Positions 13,431 to 27,773 of a DNA stretch of 64,000 nt are shown here, in pieces. The DNA is from Octopus vulgaris (Eukaryota). Position 1 is the first letter of the stretch. Every line of letters starts with the position of its first letter. The translations under genes were made by a program, and so were the position numbers. The stretch is taken from contig OX597821.1 in assembly GCA_951406725.2 (NCBI GenBank), positions 82,646,001 to 82,710,000 on the forward strand. Reading direction: 5' to 3'. The notes below the pieces were generated by a model that made no database searches, was not told the DNA's origin, and saw nothing but the letters and a program-made list of their open reading frames with translations.

Positions 13431-13768
13431 TACACACACATACATATTATGCAACCAACAAAGAAACTATTTCTTAAAGTGAACTTTCTTCTAGAAAACA
13501 GGATTCTCTGGCTCAAAGGCTACAAGTTCTCCACCCTTGGTCACTCTCAATTAAACACTGCACAACAAAGTTACTTGTTAAGTATTTTTATCACAGTTGT
13601 TCCAACAGAAATTTAGCGTCCATACCAAAAAACAATGTCACCCAGCCTTTCCTTCTTATGACAGCAGCTTTTACAGTAACACCAACCCTCCCTACCATGA
13701 AGATTCTAGCTGAACCCCCAACCCTATCCACATGACCAATCTGTGAGGGCCTTAAAAAGACTGTAGAA

Positions 13769-14034
13769 CAGTAGCATTTTAAGGGTCCCTGAAAAAATTT
13801 TGCTTTATATGTATTTATTGGTATGTATTGCAAGAAACAGCTTGGTTGCTTTCTCTAGCATTTTACATAGTTCAACCTACACAAGTTAATTTGTGAAAAA
13901 CAAAACAGGAATTTTGTAAGAGGTTTCTATAAAACTAGTTTTTAACCATTGAATGGCTATGGGAGTCTACCAGAATAAAATAGTAATCAAATGGGTCCAT
14001 AGATAAAAAAAATGGTAATGGTTGAGAACCCCTG
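13769..14034. mobile_element. hAT (Charlie-type) MITE, left TIR partly deleted
   Basis: Right end ggttgagaacccctg; left end begins cag; 8-bp TSD ctgtagaa / ctgtagac. Confidence 0.7.
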
Positions 14035-14124
14035 CTGTAGACACTGGCAGTGCTAGTCAGACAAAATAATAGATGAATTAAAATATACATTTTAAAATTT
14101 TCTCATGCAGGCAAGTTTAATTAA

Positions 14125-14337
14125 CCCTTTAGCATTCTGATTATCCATTCAAATGTAAAACTTCACATTGCTTTGAATTAATCACATATCATCTTGTAGC
14201 TTTCAGATTTTGATGATGTGATTGTTTATTTTTAGAATGACATTGTAGGGTAGGTGTGAGAGGCCAGATCTAGTCAGTTTGAACATAAAACCAGTCAAAT
14301 ATTTGGGTTGGATATGGCTGATTTGAATACTAAAGGA
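14125..14337. mobile_element. piggyBac-like MITE (family P1)
   Basis: TTAA TSDs at 14121-14124 and 14338-14341; TIRs ccctttagcattc / gaatactaaagga. Confidence 0.85.
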
Positions 14338-14384
14338 TTAAATAAGTTAGCTTAGGTCTGCCATGAGCCCAAGGATGCTTAAAA

Positions 14385-14612
14385 GCCAAGGATTTACAGT
14401 TTCCATAGTGATTGAGATTACAATACTATCTTTGAACAGAACACCAATCTGCCATTTCCTAGTTATTGCTAGAACTCATATATAGCTGAGTAAATGGGAG
14501 CAATGTGAAATGAACGTTTTTTGCTAGAAAAAGCAACACACAGCCAAGTCTGGGAATCGAAACCATAATCTTACAATTATGAATGCAACACCCTAAACAC
14601 TAGACTACACAA
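14385..14612 (-). mobile_element. Old tRNA-headed SINE (family C-related)
   Basis: Minus strand has gtgtagtctagtg (A box-like) and gtttcgattccc (B box), followed by a CORE-like segment. Confidence 0.55.
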
Positions 14613-15486
14613 CTTCATTCATAAAATAAGTAGCAGATGATAAAATAACTATGGGGAGGGCTGATATAATTAACTCTACCACTTATCCATTTCCTCCTTG
14701 CTAGGATGGGTTACATAAATATACGAGACATTGTTTCACAGACGGACGTTTCTTTTTTTTTTTTATTACTGACACTTATCTGTTTTCAACTTGGTGCAAA
14801 GTCTTTGAAAAAGCGGACACGGGGAAATGACAACATCGATATTTATAGATCAGCAATTTCCAGAGAACAGAAATGTGTGTGTGAGTGAGAGAGAGTGGAA
14901 GTGTGTGTACAAAGCCATTTCTATTGACCAACTTCATAAGGCATTATTGTTGTACGTGATATAAATATAATTAGGGATGAAACTGACAACAACAAGGGGA
15001 ACACACCAAAATAGATAACTCTCCACTGTTTTGATTAGTTTTAGTGACTTGTTTCAAGAAATATTGATCAGCAACAAAAGACTTAATAAGATAACTGAGC
15101 GTTATAGATTAGTCTAAATGATATAACGATAATTTTATCAGATATCTGAAAAGACAATGGTGAGGTGATAATCTATACATTGCCTAGATTGTAGCCAGAA
15201 TATCTGACAGATAATATGATTATAACTTTCATATCAGACAGGTACAACAGACAAAATATCTAAGATAATAAGTAATAGGCAATATTATTGACATACAAAA
15301 ACAAACATGTATCACAAAAAAAAAACAAGTAAAATAATATGGCAATGCTTCAGCATAGCCCATAGTATTGGTTTCATTGCTGGAAACAGTACAAGAACTA
15401 CCGCATTTGATGGCATATTAGATGCTCTCCAGCTTCAACAGCAGGTATTCAAAAGAAATGTGTTCAGAGTATTAAAGAATGCAATA

Positions 15487-15702
15487 TTGATTTCAAATTT
15501 TGGCACAAGGCAGCAATTTCAGGGGTGTGGGTAAACCAATTAGATTGATCCAAGTGCTCAACTGGTACTGCTTTTATTCACCCCGAAAGAATGAAAAGCA
15601 AGGTTGACCTCAGTAGAAACTGAACTCAGAATGTAAAAAAAGAGGAAATCCTGCTAAACATTTTGCCTGACATGCTAACAATTCTTCCAGCTCATTGCCT
15701 TA
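15487..15702 (-). mobile_element. SINE family B
   Basis: Full-length reverse-complement match to 43644-43850. Confidence 0.85.
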
Positions 15703-16054
15703 AAGAAGCAGGTAATATTGAAAACAACTTCACAAATAGGACCGGCAGAGTTTTTTTTTTTTCTTGGAGACATTTTTTGGAAAAAAAAGTGCATCTTATA
15801 TACCATAAATACAATACCACACTGATAGTTATAACAAATACAATTAGCGAATATAATATGGCATAGTTATTGTTAATAGAGGTAACTGTTGACCTGTCAC
15901 ACATCACAGGCCAATAGACAACATAAGTAACAGAATATACAGTGGCACAAGATACCACTGACAAGTAACATACTATAACAAAATATACTAGTGATAAGTA
16001 TGACAACAAACCAATGTGAGGCAATAAAGATTTATAACAATACAAGGAAGCCTC

Positions 16055-16230
16055 CATGCTAGAAATAGCAGCCAAATCACCCTCAAATCACACTATCATC
16101 TCACAAAACAATACATCAAATAATGTAGACCATGATAGACAAAACCTGAAAAATATGAGAAATGCCAAAATGCTTTTGATTGTGAGTCCATTTTGTTTCA
16201 TCATAATTGACCTAGGACTAAACAACAACC
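16055..16230 (+). repeat. Interspersed repeat family F (unassigned retroposon-like, (AAC)n tail)
   Basis: tagaaatagcagccaaatc...gataatgtag...gacctaggactaaacaacaac; related copies near 1370, 3850, 18930, 24600, 26170, 26340, 51085, 56000 and 60275. Confidence 0.7.
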
Positions 16231-18329
16231 TACGAAGTAGGTAAACCACACCAAATAATCATTTAGTAAGAACATTATAAAGAAATACAACATACCACAG
16301 TCAAATATCTCAACTGGATGATGACTGATAACCACAATTGAGCCCTTAATAGCCAACCATCATAGGTACTATACTTCAGATGGCTAACAGGGAGCATTGG
16401 TAGATGTGTGGGTTGATAAGGTGGGTCCAAAATGACTCTGGGAGTTCAACTGCTACAAGAGTAAGAGTGAGAGAGAGAAAGAGAAAAAAGGGAGCTGTTG
16501 TACCACCACACCCATACATCAGGTACATATGCCATCAGCAAACTAATTGAGTTGAACAAAACAAAAACAAGGCCGAGTGGAGGGGGGGGAGCAATAACAA
16601 AACATTAGAGGTGTAGAATGAATCAAGCCAGGTGAGTGACTCATAGGGCAATCTAGTAATCCCTCACTGGTTACTCATTAGCTAATATAGACTGATAAAG
16701 TATATATAATAAATTAATCAATAAACATAAGCCCCTTTTGTTATACTGCAGCCAGCCCCTACCATGACCACCATGAACATCACCATTGTTACCATTATCT
16801 GGGATCGTTACAGAACTCACACTCAATGAATCTTTATTTTTTTATTGTGTTTGTGTGTGTGTGTGAGAGAGAGAGAGAGTGGGTGTGTGTGTGTGTGCGT
16901 TTCATCATTTCTTAAGTTTCTAACCTAATAATACTCATTAATAAAGTTAAGGAACAAACCAATCAAGAAAGACGAAGAGAAGATGGTGTTAATGCTCAGT
17001 TACATGTACTTCTTTATCTGCATCTGGTACCAGGTTATGGACATCCAGCTTAAGACTGTCAATGCTTACAGAAAAACAATGTTTCTAAAGCATATCAATC
17101 ACACTGACAGCAAAACCTATGACACACACCCAGCTCCCCAGTGACACACTGTGAGTGTTTAATAAGAGACACAAAATGGGACTTTCCAACAACAACAAAA
17201 AAGTCTCTCTGCAACATCCAATGCTATTAAAAAGCTTTATGCACAAGCATTTGCCAATAAGAACACTGACATAAACTTACACATAATCTGTATGTATGTA
17301 TGTATGTATGTATGTATGAGAAAGAGTGTGTGTGTGTGTGTTGGGAACATTAAAGCTAATTACTGAGAGTCTTCTGATGAGCAAAACGTTTCACCACATA
17401 TTCTATAAAAGTCTTTTATTCCACACATTTATGATACTACAGGTCACAATTATTTTATATATAAAGCTATGGCACCCAGTTATGATTCATTTGAAACAAC
17501 TGCAAATCTAAAACACTAACATCATTTCATTTGTTTATTTCTATTCCATGTAAATACACTCTTTATGCCTACTTGAATTTGTCTTTCTTTTTTACTTATA
17601 TACACACACTTGTCCATTTTAGCAAAATATGATGAGGCTCTAAAACAATATCAATTATGTACCATGATCCAACACCCAATCTGTACCAAGCCTTCCCTAA
17701 AGCACATCCTCATCATAACCAGCTCTCCTTCACTCTTCTAACAATCACACTATTTCCTCAGTTGCTGTAATTATATGAGAGCAGAACTGCATGGAAATCG
17801 TCCTTATTTTGTGCTTTCCCTAATCTTGAAACCACTTTCCTTGTCATCCGTTCTGTATTCTTGACATCATCCATCCCACTTTATTTTCTGCTGAACACCC
17901 TCTCCTATCTGCCATTGATGCCTCACTCCTTTTTTGTCACTCACTATATCTACACTTACAAACCTGTCCCTCTCACTGTGCATCCCTCTTTTCTCTCCAC
18001 ACTCTCCCTATCTCTCATCCATCTACAGTTTTGATATACTATTGCTCTCCACCTCTCCCCATTTTTTGTACTGCCATCTCTCATCACTTCCTTGACCCAC
18101 TCCTATCTTCCTCTACCGCCCACAACTCAAACTGAGATTCACCATAGACCATACATCCATCCATCCATACCCAGCATTTACCTCTATCATCATCACTAAC
18201 CAAACTCTCACTCTCCTTTTCACACTTTCGCACATTGACCCATCCAGTCATTCTCAATTCTGTGACCCTATTCTCTCTTTATCCACCTTCTTGTACCTTG
18301 AGCATATGCCCCAACATCTCATTTCCACA

Positions 18330-18688
18330 ATCCTTTCTCTTTTTCCAGCTCAGGTAGCTATGTACCTCTTCTACAACAAGACATGTGTTCCAGTCCCTCA
18401 ACCATTTATTAACATCTCAACACCTGGTACAAAGCCATAACCCTCAATACTGTATCTCCATTCAGTCAAGAAGTGTATTTCTTGCAAGTTACTTGGTGAC
18501 CTCACTGGTACCAGTACCATGAAAAAAGCACCTCTGTAAAGTATTTGACATTAGGAAGGGCATCCAGTAGTAGATACAATGCTAAAACAGACATTGAGAC
18601 TTGATGCAGTCCTCCAGCTTATTGGATACTGTCAAACTATTCAACCAATGACAATATGAAACATGGATGCTAAATGATGAATGATGAC
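18330..18688 (+). mobile_element. RTE LINE 3' UTR remnant
   Basis: cattaggaagggcatccag...catggatgctaaatgatgaatgatg. Confidence 0.65.
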
Positions 18689-18866
18689 ACACACATTGAT
18701 ATAAAATACAGGCACATGCATGGTTATGTAGTTAAGAAGCTTGCTTTCCAACCATGTGGTTCTGGGTTCAATCCCAATATGGCACCTATATTAGTGTCTT
18801 CTAATATAGCAGTGGGTCGACCAACACCTTGTTATGTTTAGATATCTAGCATGGAAACAATACACA

Positions 18867-18909
<43 letters not shown>

Positions 18910-19417
18910 TCAACCAAATCAATACAAATGTGGTGAACTGGCCTGTTAGAAATAGCAGCCAAAATCCACAGCTTTGTACCTCCAAAAAGAAGAAGGATGA
19001 CTCTGAAAACGGACTTGATGGTCATGTTTGGAAGACGTTTGACTAGACATGTCTGTTTGATCAAGGCTAACCTGAGACTTAATAATATCAACAACAACAA
19101 CATACCACACCACTAATAAATACTTTTTCAGAAAGACATGGCCGTAACAACTTCTATTTCCATTCACAGGCCAGCTTCCAAAATCAATAGAACTAATCAC
19201 TCATGGGCAGAGATTACTGATTGTGAAAGACCTAATCATCAGAAAATAGAAATAATTGATGTTTGGTCAAGTAGTACATGGTATGTAGTTTACAGTCTAC
19301 CAGGGAGTTAATATGATTGTATAGTAATGCAGTGTGGCGACCTTGAAATAGCAAAATCTAAAACACTAAACACTGATCTGATATCTTCAAAGATTTTCTA
19401 GTACTCTTCAGGCATCA

Positions 19418-19812
19418 TTCTTTTATTCTTTTACTTGTTTCAGTCATTTGACAGGAGCCATGCTGGAGCACTGCCTTAACGGGTTTTTTAGTTGAAGAAA
19501 TCAACCCCAGGACTTATTCTTTGTAAACTTAGTACTTATTCTATCTGTCTCTTTCGCCAAACTGCTAAGTTATGGGGGATGTAAACACACCAGCACCGAT
19601 TGTCAAGCAGTGATGGGTCAACAAACACAGACATACAGACACATACACAAACATATATGATGAGCTTCTTTCAGTTTCTGTCTGCCCAAATCTACTCACA
19701 AGGCTTTGGTCTGCCCAGGGCTGTAGAAGAAGACACTTGTCTAAGGTGGGACTGAACCCAGAACCATATGGTTGGGAAGCAAGCTTCTTACCACACAGCC
19801 ACATTTGTGCCT
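19418..19812 (-). mobile_element. SINE family A, older copy
   Basis: Collinear with 10571-10960, with more substitutions and a small deletion. Confidence 0.9.
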
Positions 19813-20211
19813 ATGTATTATTTTTCTAAATGCAGGCATGGCCGAGAAGCTTGTTTTGCAGACACATGGCTTCAGATTCAGTTTCACTGCATGGTACCTT
19901 GAGCAAGTTCATCTATAGCTCCAAACTGACCAACATCTTGTGATGAACTGCCCCTCATGGTGAGACACTGCTTTCAAGAGTTTTAATAAATCATATTGGC
20001 CTCAGCAATTTATCAGTTACTTATTTTTATATATATATTAGACACATTTATGTAAAGACTCCACCAGATTTAAAATACCCAGGACACTCCATATATCATA
20101 CCCTTATGACTCAATAAGGACAAAGTACCATCATCACTCTATTATATTATATATTCAAATACATCCAGCTAACTGGTTTATCCAGCATGGTAACAATCCA
20201 ACCACTTCACC

Positions 20212-20244
<33 letters not shown>

Positions 20245-20686
20245 TATACATATATATGACAGGCTTTCAGTTTCTGTCTGCTAAATCCATTCAGAAGCTT
20301 TGGTCAGACTAAGGCTATAGCAGAAGACTGTACCCAAAACCATGTGGTTGAAAAGCAAGCTACTTACCACACAACCACACCTGCACCTATATATATATAT
20401 ATATATAAAACTGAGAATGTGTGTGTGTGTCAGTTTGTCTGTGTGCATCACTAAAACTCAAGGACTACCCAATGCATTTCATTCAAATTTTACACATGCC
20501 TTATGTAGAGTCCATGCAGTGTCATGGGCCCAAAAAAAATTTTCAACTTCTTGTGTAATGCTAGCCCGGAGCATTCCCTATTACATGTCAAAAGTGAAAC
20601 AATAACATCTCTATTTATACTTTCATTATTGTATAGTTTCAATTTCAATTACTTTCATTATGTATTTATATACATGTTTGTATATA

Positions 20687-20753
<67 letters not shown>

Positions 20754-20787
20754 CCTTAATTAAATATATTCAATGAGAATATGATAT

Positions 20788-21002
20788 ACTCTTACTCTTT
20801 ACTCTTACTTGTTTCAGTCATTTGACTGTGGTCATGCTGGAGCACCGCCTTTAGTCGGGCAAATCGACCCCAGGACTTATTCTTTGTAAGCCCAGTACTT
20901 ATTCTATCGGTCTCTTTTGCCGAATCGCTAAGTGACAGGGACGTAAACACACCAGCATCGGTTGTCAAGCAATGCTAGGGGGACAAACACAGACACACAA
21001 AC

Positions 21003-21053
<51 letters not shown>

Positions 21054-21218
21054 TACGACGGGCTTCTTTCAGTTTCCGTCTACCAAATCCACTCACAAGG
21101 CATTGGTCGGCCCGGGGCTATAGCAGAAGACACTTGCCCAAGATGCCACGCAGTGGGACTGAACCCGGAACCATGTGGTTGGTTAGCAAGCTACTTACCA
21201 CACAGCCACTCCTGCGCC
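20788..21218 (-). mobile_element. SINE family A, young full-length copy
   Basis: Near-identical to 10571-10960; (TACTCT)n-like tail. Confidence 0.95.
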
Positions 21219-21667
21219 TATATATACTGAATTTAAAATGAGTGCTCTTTGTATATAAATGTCAAAGAATTAATATTATTAAAGTATTTAGGCATTTAAT
21301 ACGAGTAGTTACATATAATATATTGTGAAATAATAGCAGGAAAATTAATATCAAAAAAACTTTTAGATATATATGTCTAAAATAATATTGTATTAAAAAT
21401 ATATAAACTTCCCCCTTTCCATCGAGCGGAAGTATTGCCTATCAATGTTTATCAATTTTGGATTCCATTATAATGACAATAATTTTGTGAAACTGTTGTA
21501 AGACGTGTTAAATACTTAACTTTCAAACTGTCTTACTTTATATATTTACTCTATATATTTTTAATACTTTATATATTTACTCTATATATTTTTAATACAA
21601 TATTATTTTACCCATATATATCTTTGTGAAAAGTTTTTTTATATTAATTTTCCTGGTATTATTTCAC

Positions 21668-21913
21668 AATATATTATATATATATACATATAAGTGTATA
21701 TATATGTGTATATATGTGTGCATATATACACATACATATATCCATATATATGTATGTATATGTATGTATACATATGTATATATATGTATATACATCATTT
21801 ACTGTATATGTGTGTGTGTATATGTATATATACATATGTATATATATATGTATATACATCATTTACTGTATATGTGTGTGTGTATATGTATATATATGTA
21901 TGTATATATATAT
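21668..21913. repeat. Compound (TA)/(TG)/(TATG) microsatellite with an internal ~64-bp duplication
   Basis: tacatcatttactgtatatgtgtgtgtgtatatg occurs twice. Confidence 0.9.
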
Positions 21914-21914
21914 A

Positions 21915-22169
21915 ACGTCGCTTCACTGGCACCTGTGTCGGTGGCATGTGTAAAAAGATTCGAGCGAGGTCATTGCCAGTACCACCTGACTGGCCCCCGT
22001 GCACCCACTCTCGAAGTGGTTGGCGTTAGGAAGGGCATCCAGCTGTAGAAACTCTGCCAGATCAAAGCTGGAGCCTGGTGCAGCCATCTGGTTCGCCAGC
22101 CCTCAGTCAAAACCGTCCAATCCATGCTAGCATGGAAAACCGATGTTAAATGATGATGATGATGATGAT
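21915..22169 (+). mobile_element. RTE LINE 3' UTR, younger (CpG-retaining) subfamily
   Basis: gtggttggcgttaggaagggcatccagctgtagaaac...catgctagcatggaaaaccgatgttaaat(gat)n. Confidence 0.8.
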
Positions 22170-22512
22170 ACATACATACATATATATGTGTGTGTAGAAA
22201 GAAGACTGTTGTATATATGTGTATATTTGATTGTGTGTGTGTGTGTGTCTTCGTTTGTACCCCATCATTGCATGACAACTGATGTTGCTGTGTTTACATT
22301 CCCATAACTTAGTGGCTCGGCAAAAGACACTGATAGAATAAGTACTAGGCTTACAAAGAATAAATCCTGTGGTTGAATTTTTTTCGACTAAAGGCGGTGC
22401 TCCAACCTGGCCACAGTCACAGGACTGAAACGAGTAAAAAGAAAACTATGCCATTTTAATCCAAAGCAAGGCCAGGTATCTATTAGTATATACGTATATA
22501 TATAAATACATA

Positions 22513-22544
<32 letters not shown>

Positions 22545-23375
22545 CACATACACACACACACACGCACGCGTGTATGTGTGCATCTGTGTGGATAAATATC
22601 TGTATCTATGGAAGTGTATGTATAACACAACCTTGCCTTACAAAGAAAAATCTTATGAGTACCAAATATTGGACTTGAGAAGGGAACCAGGTCAGTTAGC
22701 AACCTCCATTATCACCACCACTATGACACAGTAAGTTTTCTTGTGGTGGAGGTTGCAGATCTGATAGAGGATAACTGACTGTAAGTAGCTGGTCAGTCAT
22801 TTATGGCTGGACAGGTGCCCAACCATATCTCTATGGAGAGAGAGAGAAAGAGAGAAACAAGGAGTAGAGTAAAACTGGTAAGGATGCAAAAGAGAAAGAA
22901 GTAAGGTATAGAAGAAGAGAGATGGTTATCTATCCTGTTTGTGAGGTGTCAGGATAATGGAAATAATAAGAGGTGTTGAATTTAATGCATCATGTTGGAT
23001 GAATCTCAATGTTCTGAGTTCAAATTTGATTAGAAAGATAAATAAAAAGGCAAAGAGACAAGCAGATAGATAGATACATAGATGGACACACAGACAAGCA
23101 AGCAGAGGACAAGGTGGAAAAAAAAAAAGAAGCAAACAGAGAGAGAGAGAGAGACAGACAGACAGAGATGAATGAATGGAGGGATGGAGGGATGGATAGA
23201 CAGGCATGGCCTTTTGGTTAAAAAGCTTGATTTGAAACTGTGTGTTTCTGAGTTCAGTTCCACTGTACAGCACATTGGGTAAGTATCATCTACTATAGCC
23301 CCAGGTTGATTAATGTCTTGTGAGTAGATGGGAACTGTGTGGGAGCTCATCAGACGTGTGTGTGTATATATACAT

Positions 23376-23407
<32 letters not shown>

Positions 23408-23470
23408 CTTTGTGCTTGTGCTTTCCCCCCTCTCCCCACCACTCAAAAACCAGTGAGATCTTTTCTTCTT

Positions 23471-24118
23471 GGCTGCACTTTTTGAAATTATAAAATTAAG
23501 AGAAAATTTTCAAATTTGATGTATTGATGTAATTTTTCAAGCTGAATCTCAAGGCCTAATTCACTCATTTAAAAAAAGTTACAGAGGTTTAAAGTTTGAT
23601 CATTTTTACCCAGTCAGAAAACAGGATTTAGAAGGTGTTATTTTGTGTGCAACTACAACCGTAAGCAATAATGTTGACATTGCGACAATAGCAAGTTTTT
23701 TAAGCATTTAATAAGTGAAAAATTACAAAAAAAAAAAAAATGAAAAACCTATTTTGTAGTTTTACTCATTCAATATGCATTTAATGCGACAAAAAAAGTT
23801 AACAACACATTTAGTAGTTTTAAGAGCTGCAAAAGATGAGTACATGCATGAAAGAACAGTGTAAAATATCAGTTTGTAAACACACATAGTTTTCCGTAAA
23901 TGCTTTTCCAATGCTTGGCTTGTTACTCTGGGAAAGGCACCTATATGTCTTTGGCTTTCAATTGACTAAAATTACCCAAAATTTATAAACTTCGAAAGCT
24001 TATTGTTTATCTTTTGATTTGTGGCAAAAATGAATTTCATGACAATAATGAGCATACAAAACTACACCAAATTTGAAATCAATTGGAACAAAATTAAAGA
24101 AATTGAAAAGTGGCAGCC
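23471..24118. mobile_element. Non-autonomous DNA transposon with GGCTGC(C)ACTTTT TIRs, superfamily unassigned, inside an old SINE A (23201-24292)
   Basis: Left ggctgcactttttgaaatt versus right aaattgaaaagtggcagcc; subterminal caaatttgatgta / tacaccaaatttg; SINE halves lie on either side; no clear TSD. Confidence 0.6.
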
Positions 24119-25034
24119 AAACAATAAAGACCCAACTGATGCTGTAGCTTAGCAGTTTGGCCAAAAAGATCACTATGGTAAATACCTTACTTTCAAGAAA
24201 AGTAAGCACAGAGGTTGATTTGTTTGACTAAAACCTGGCAAGGTGGTGCCCCAGCATGGCCACAGTCCAATGACTGTAAAAGATAAAAGGATACTGTTGC
24301 CTTATGCCATTATCATCATCACACAATTTTTAAAATCCTTGTAAATTGGTGATGTAGCAGCTTAGCAATGGCATGTGTATTTTTGTTTTAATGCAGAGAG
24401 AGGAAAGGGGTCAATTGACTAGTAACGTAGAACTTAGCAAGAATAAAAGTGGGTTGGTTAGTTGACTTCAGTAACAACACTTATGTGAAGTACATTGCTC
24501 TGATAACAATAAAAAGGTGAGCAAGTGGAACATTATTAGATCCCAGCAAGGACAATGGAGGGACCAAATAGCCCTATTAAAAATGCTCTAATCAGATAAG
24601 GGTTGCTTGAGCTGCAAGAAAGAGCTGCCAAATCTCTTCCAGATCACACAAAATTATCTTTAAAGCCAAGGACACAAAATCTATTTCGCATGTGTTCTTC
24701 ATGTTTACTGCTCCTACATATCCACCAGAAACAGAGGCTATTTTCTCTGCTAATCCCTCAGTGATTCCACTACACCTTTTGAGTGTCCCACCAAAATTTA
24801 TGGCTTACCATCTATTATATTAAGTAACTATTGTTAGAAGAGGTGAAGCACTAGACAAAATGATTTACAAGATTTAGTCAAATCTCTATGTTCTGAGTTC
24901 AAAACTCACAAAAGAGGATTTGTACCTGTCATTCCTCCAAATGATTTTGATGTCTGGTCTCAAGAGAACCCCAATTGTGCAGATCTATAATGAAGCTGTC
25001 TGTGATCATCCCATCTTTATTTAAAGAAGAATAA

Positions 25035-25068
<34 letters not shown>

Positions 25069-26567
25069 TGCTGAATACACATATCTACTTTCCTTTTTAA
25101 GATGGCAGGATGTGGTGCAATGAGAGAGAAAGAGAATTAGCTACTGTTTCTAGCAGACTAAGTGATCATGTAGAGCTCTTCTCATTGTTTCCTTCTAGTG
25201 TAGATAAGTACTAATAATGTACAAGTGTGGAAACATCCTCTACAACTGTCCATTAAACTGTATGGTCTTGTACCTAAGCCACAGTTTATATTCATAAGAG
25301 TTTATATTCAAATAAAGAATTTATTGTTAAATGGTCAGAATAAACTGTTTTCCTTGCTTGCTATGACTCATTGACCAATCAGATCTTTTAAGTAAATCAA
25401 CAACATATGTGGTTGATGATTAGTATCTCTCCACAAAAACAATCCCAAGTTGTCTTTTTCTTTTTCTCAGCTTTTTATCATGTTTTTCTACTTCCCCTTC
25501 TCCTCTTCTTCACTTTTCACTATTCCTCTTATCTCTTTCCCCTTTCCCTATCTTCAGCACCCTCTCTCTCTCTCATTCTTTTCACAGCCAAAACTACTGA
25601 CCACAGCCATATAAACATACTTACCACAAACTCTATGGACAGATGGCACATTTCTACTTACTACTCCTTCTCACCCCACTCACAACAGTCCCACCTTCAT
25701 CCATCCAACACACAAGCCTCCCACACAGTAACAGACAGATTGTAAATCCAACGTCCCACCTACACTCAACATCTTCCTCCCTCCATCTCTCATTTATATC
25801 TTGAGTCTCTGTCTCTCACACACCACCACCACAACTCATCTCTCTCTTTCCTTCCATCACCTCACACCACCCATGCCCATCTCAACAATCCAACAGAAGT
25901 AAGAAAATCTTCTACCAAACACTCTTCCTCCTCCTCCCTTCCTCTATCTACACTGAAACTTTCATACACCAATGGGCACTTGGTAAATCCTGGGTCAGAT
26001 TTTAAACTATTTCTGTTGTTCAAAGAACAGTCACCTCAGTACAAACACTCCACCACTGATACTTCAAAGATTTGAAAATTTGAAATTAATGCCCCTGCCT
26101 ACCACTCAACACAGCTTTTTTCAATAAAATCAACCATTAAAACTCATGAACCAAAGGGGGAAGCTGAATGTGGTTGCTCCAGCTGATGGAAATAGTAGCT
26201 AAATTTTATGTAAATCCTGCTGTCTCCAAAAAAACAAATAAATAACAACAGATGAATTTACAAAAAAAAAAAATAGTTAACTGTTTTGATGATAGTCTGC
26301 TCAATGAAGTTTAACAGCAACAACCATTAATTCTAAGAGCTCATCTCAGATGTTAGAAATAGCAAACAAATTTCCCCTCAACTCACATTTCCATCTTCAG
26401 AAAAATGAACAAAAGAAAGGACTGCATATGTCCTAGATACATTATATCTGAATGAAAAACAAAATCGTTCCAGTTGTAATACTGTGATTATAGGTTTGTT
26501 CAAAAAAGAGCTGACCTGGGGTTAAACAATAACTATCAACTGCAAAAGATGAAATAGGTCTACTTAC

Positions 26568-26624
26568 ATCTCTAACACTTTCTCTAAACACATGAAGACC
26601 ACAACTGTATCCCTGTCTCCAGCT
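26568..26624 (-). other. Candidate 57-nt internal exon
   Basis: Acceptor tgttttatttacag|AGC and donor GAT|gtaagt in unique sequence; two of three frames are open; no homology recognised. Confidence 0.45.
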
Positions 26625-27773
26625 CTGTAAATAAAACATTTTATTATTATTTTTATGATCTATAATATTATACTGCTATAGTCTATATTAATGAACATGT
26701 TTAACAATGGAATGAAATCAAAGACAATCTGTCATAGAAACAACATTTATATTCTTTATATTATTCATAAGATGATGAATAAATTTTAAATTGTGATTAT
26801 GTTACCCATAGTGTGTGTGTGTGTGTGTGTGTGTAAAAACCCCATCTTAATGGATGAGTACTGTACTTTTACTGGAATCATGGGTCCAAGTTCAGCCGAA
26901 TGTATTTTTTCTCTATGAAAATAAAGATGAAAGTACAGTATGTTAAAATTTCTTAAAGTTTAGATCTTGTTTGATTTCTTCCAACCACTTAAAGAATTTC
27001 AAATTTACAGATTTTTTTTTGTAATTTTCTACATTGATGTAACTCAGTTATTATTAATTTCTAGAAAAAAAAAGTTAATGCAATTTTCATCATCAGTATG
27101 CAAGACTCCATTTTTTGAAAATAATCTGGTGAAAAGTTGAAATATTTCAAATGGATAAAAGAAAATTTAACAAGATCCAAAAGCTTTACCACCATGGTCA
27201 TGCAAAAGTAAAATAATGTATATTATAGACAGACTGGCTTTGATTTTATTCTATAATTGTTTTCTTCTCAAAAGGAAAATAATATGCACAGCAGTGAAGT
27301 AAAACTGGCTTCAACAAGGAAGAGAACCCACTTGCTGAATCAACCACATTATAATAAAAATTACCTTGGAGTGCTAGTAAGATTTGTAAGGGTCAATGCT
27401 TAGATCTGATTTGATGGTGTTAAGTGGATGAAATAACTCTTACTTGTGAAAAACATACCAGACTATCACAGATAATATTCCCAAGTACCTAATTCCTGAT
27501 ATGTAGGTGAACTGAGGCAATGTAGAGTAGAATGTTTTCTTCAGAAACCCCAAAAAGCACCCACAGTGATTTGAGTTTATAACTGATGAAAAAAAAAATG
27601 TATTCTATTTGGCCATTCTTATTCAAGTGGTTACAACTTGCAATTGTTTCACCATGTAGTACCAGGTATCTCTGACCCCAACACTTTTATTAGGCTCTCA
27701 GTTTTGTCCTGTGTGTGTCTGCCAATAAATATCAATATAACTGAATAGCCTTCATCTTTTATTAGGGTGCAGG

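Noticed and set aside
17373-17392. CTGATGAG...AAAACGTTTC hammerhead-like motif
   Set aside because: There is no stem II, the GAAA is mutated, and it is too short to distinguish from chance.
20972-21241. Recurrent ORF 'family' (RxASFSFRLPNPLTRHWSARGYSRRHLPKMP...) at 20972, 33457, 36463 and 37691
   Set aside because: These are antisense translations of SINE family A; they recur because the SINE recurs.
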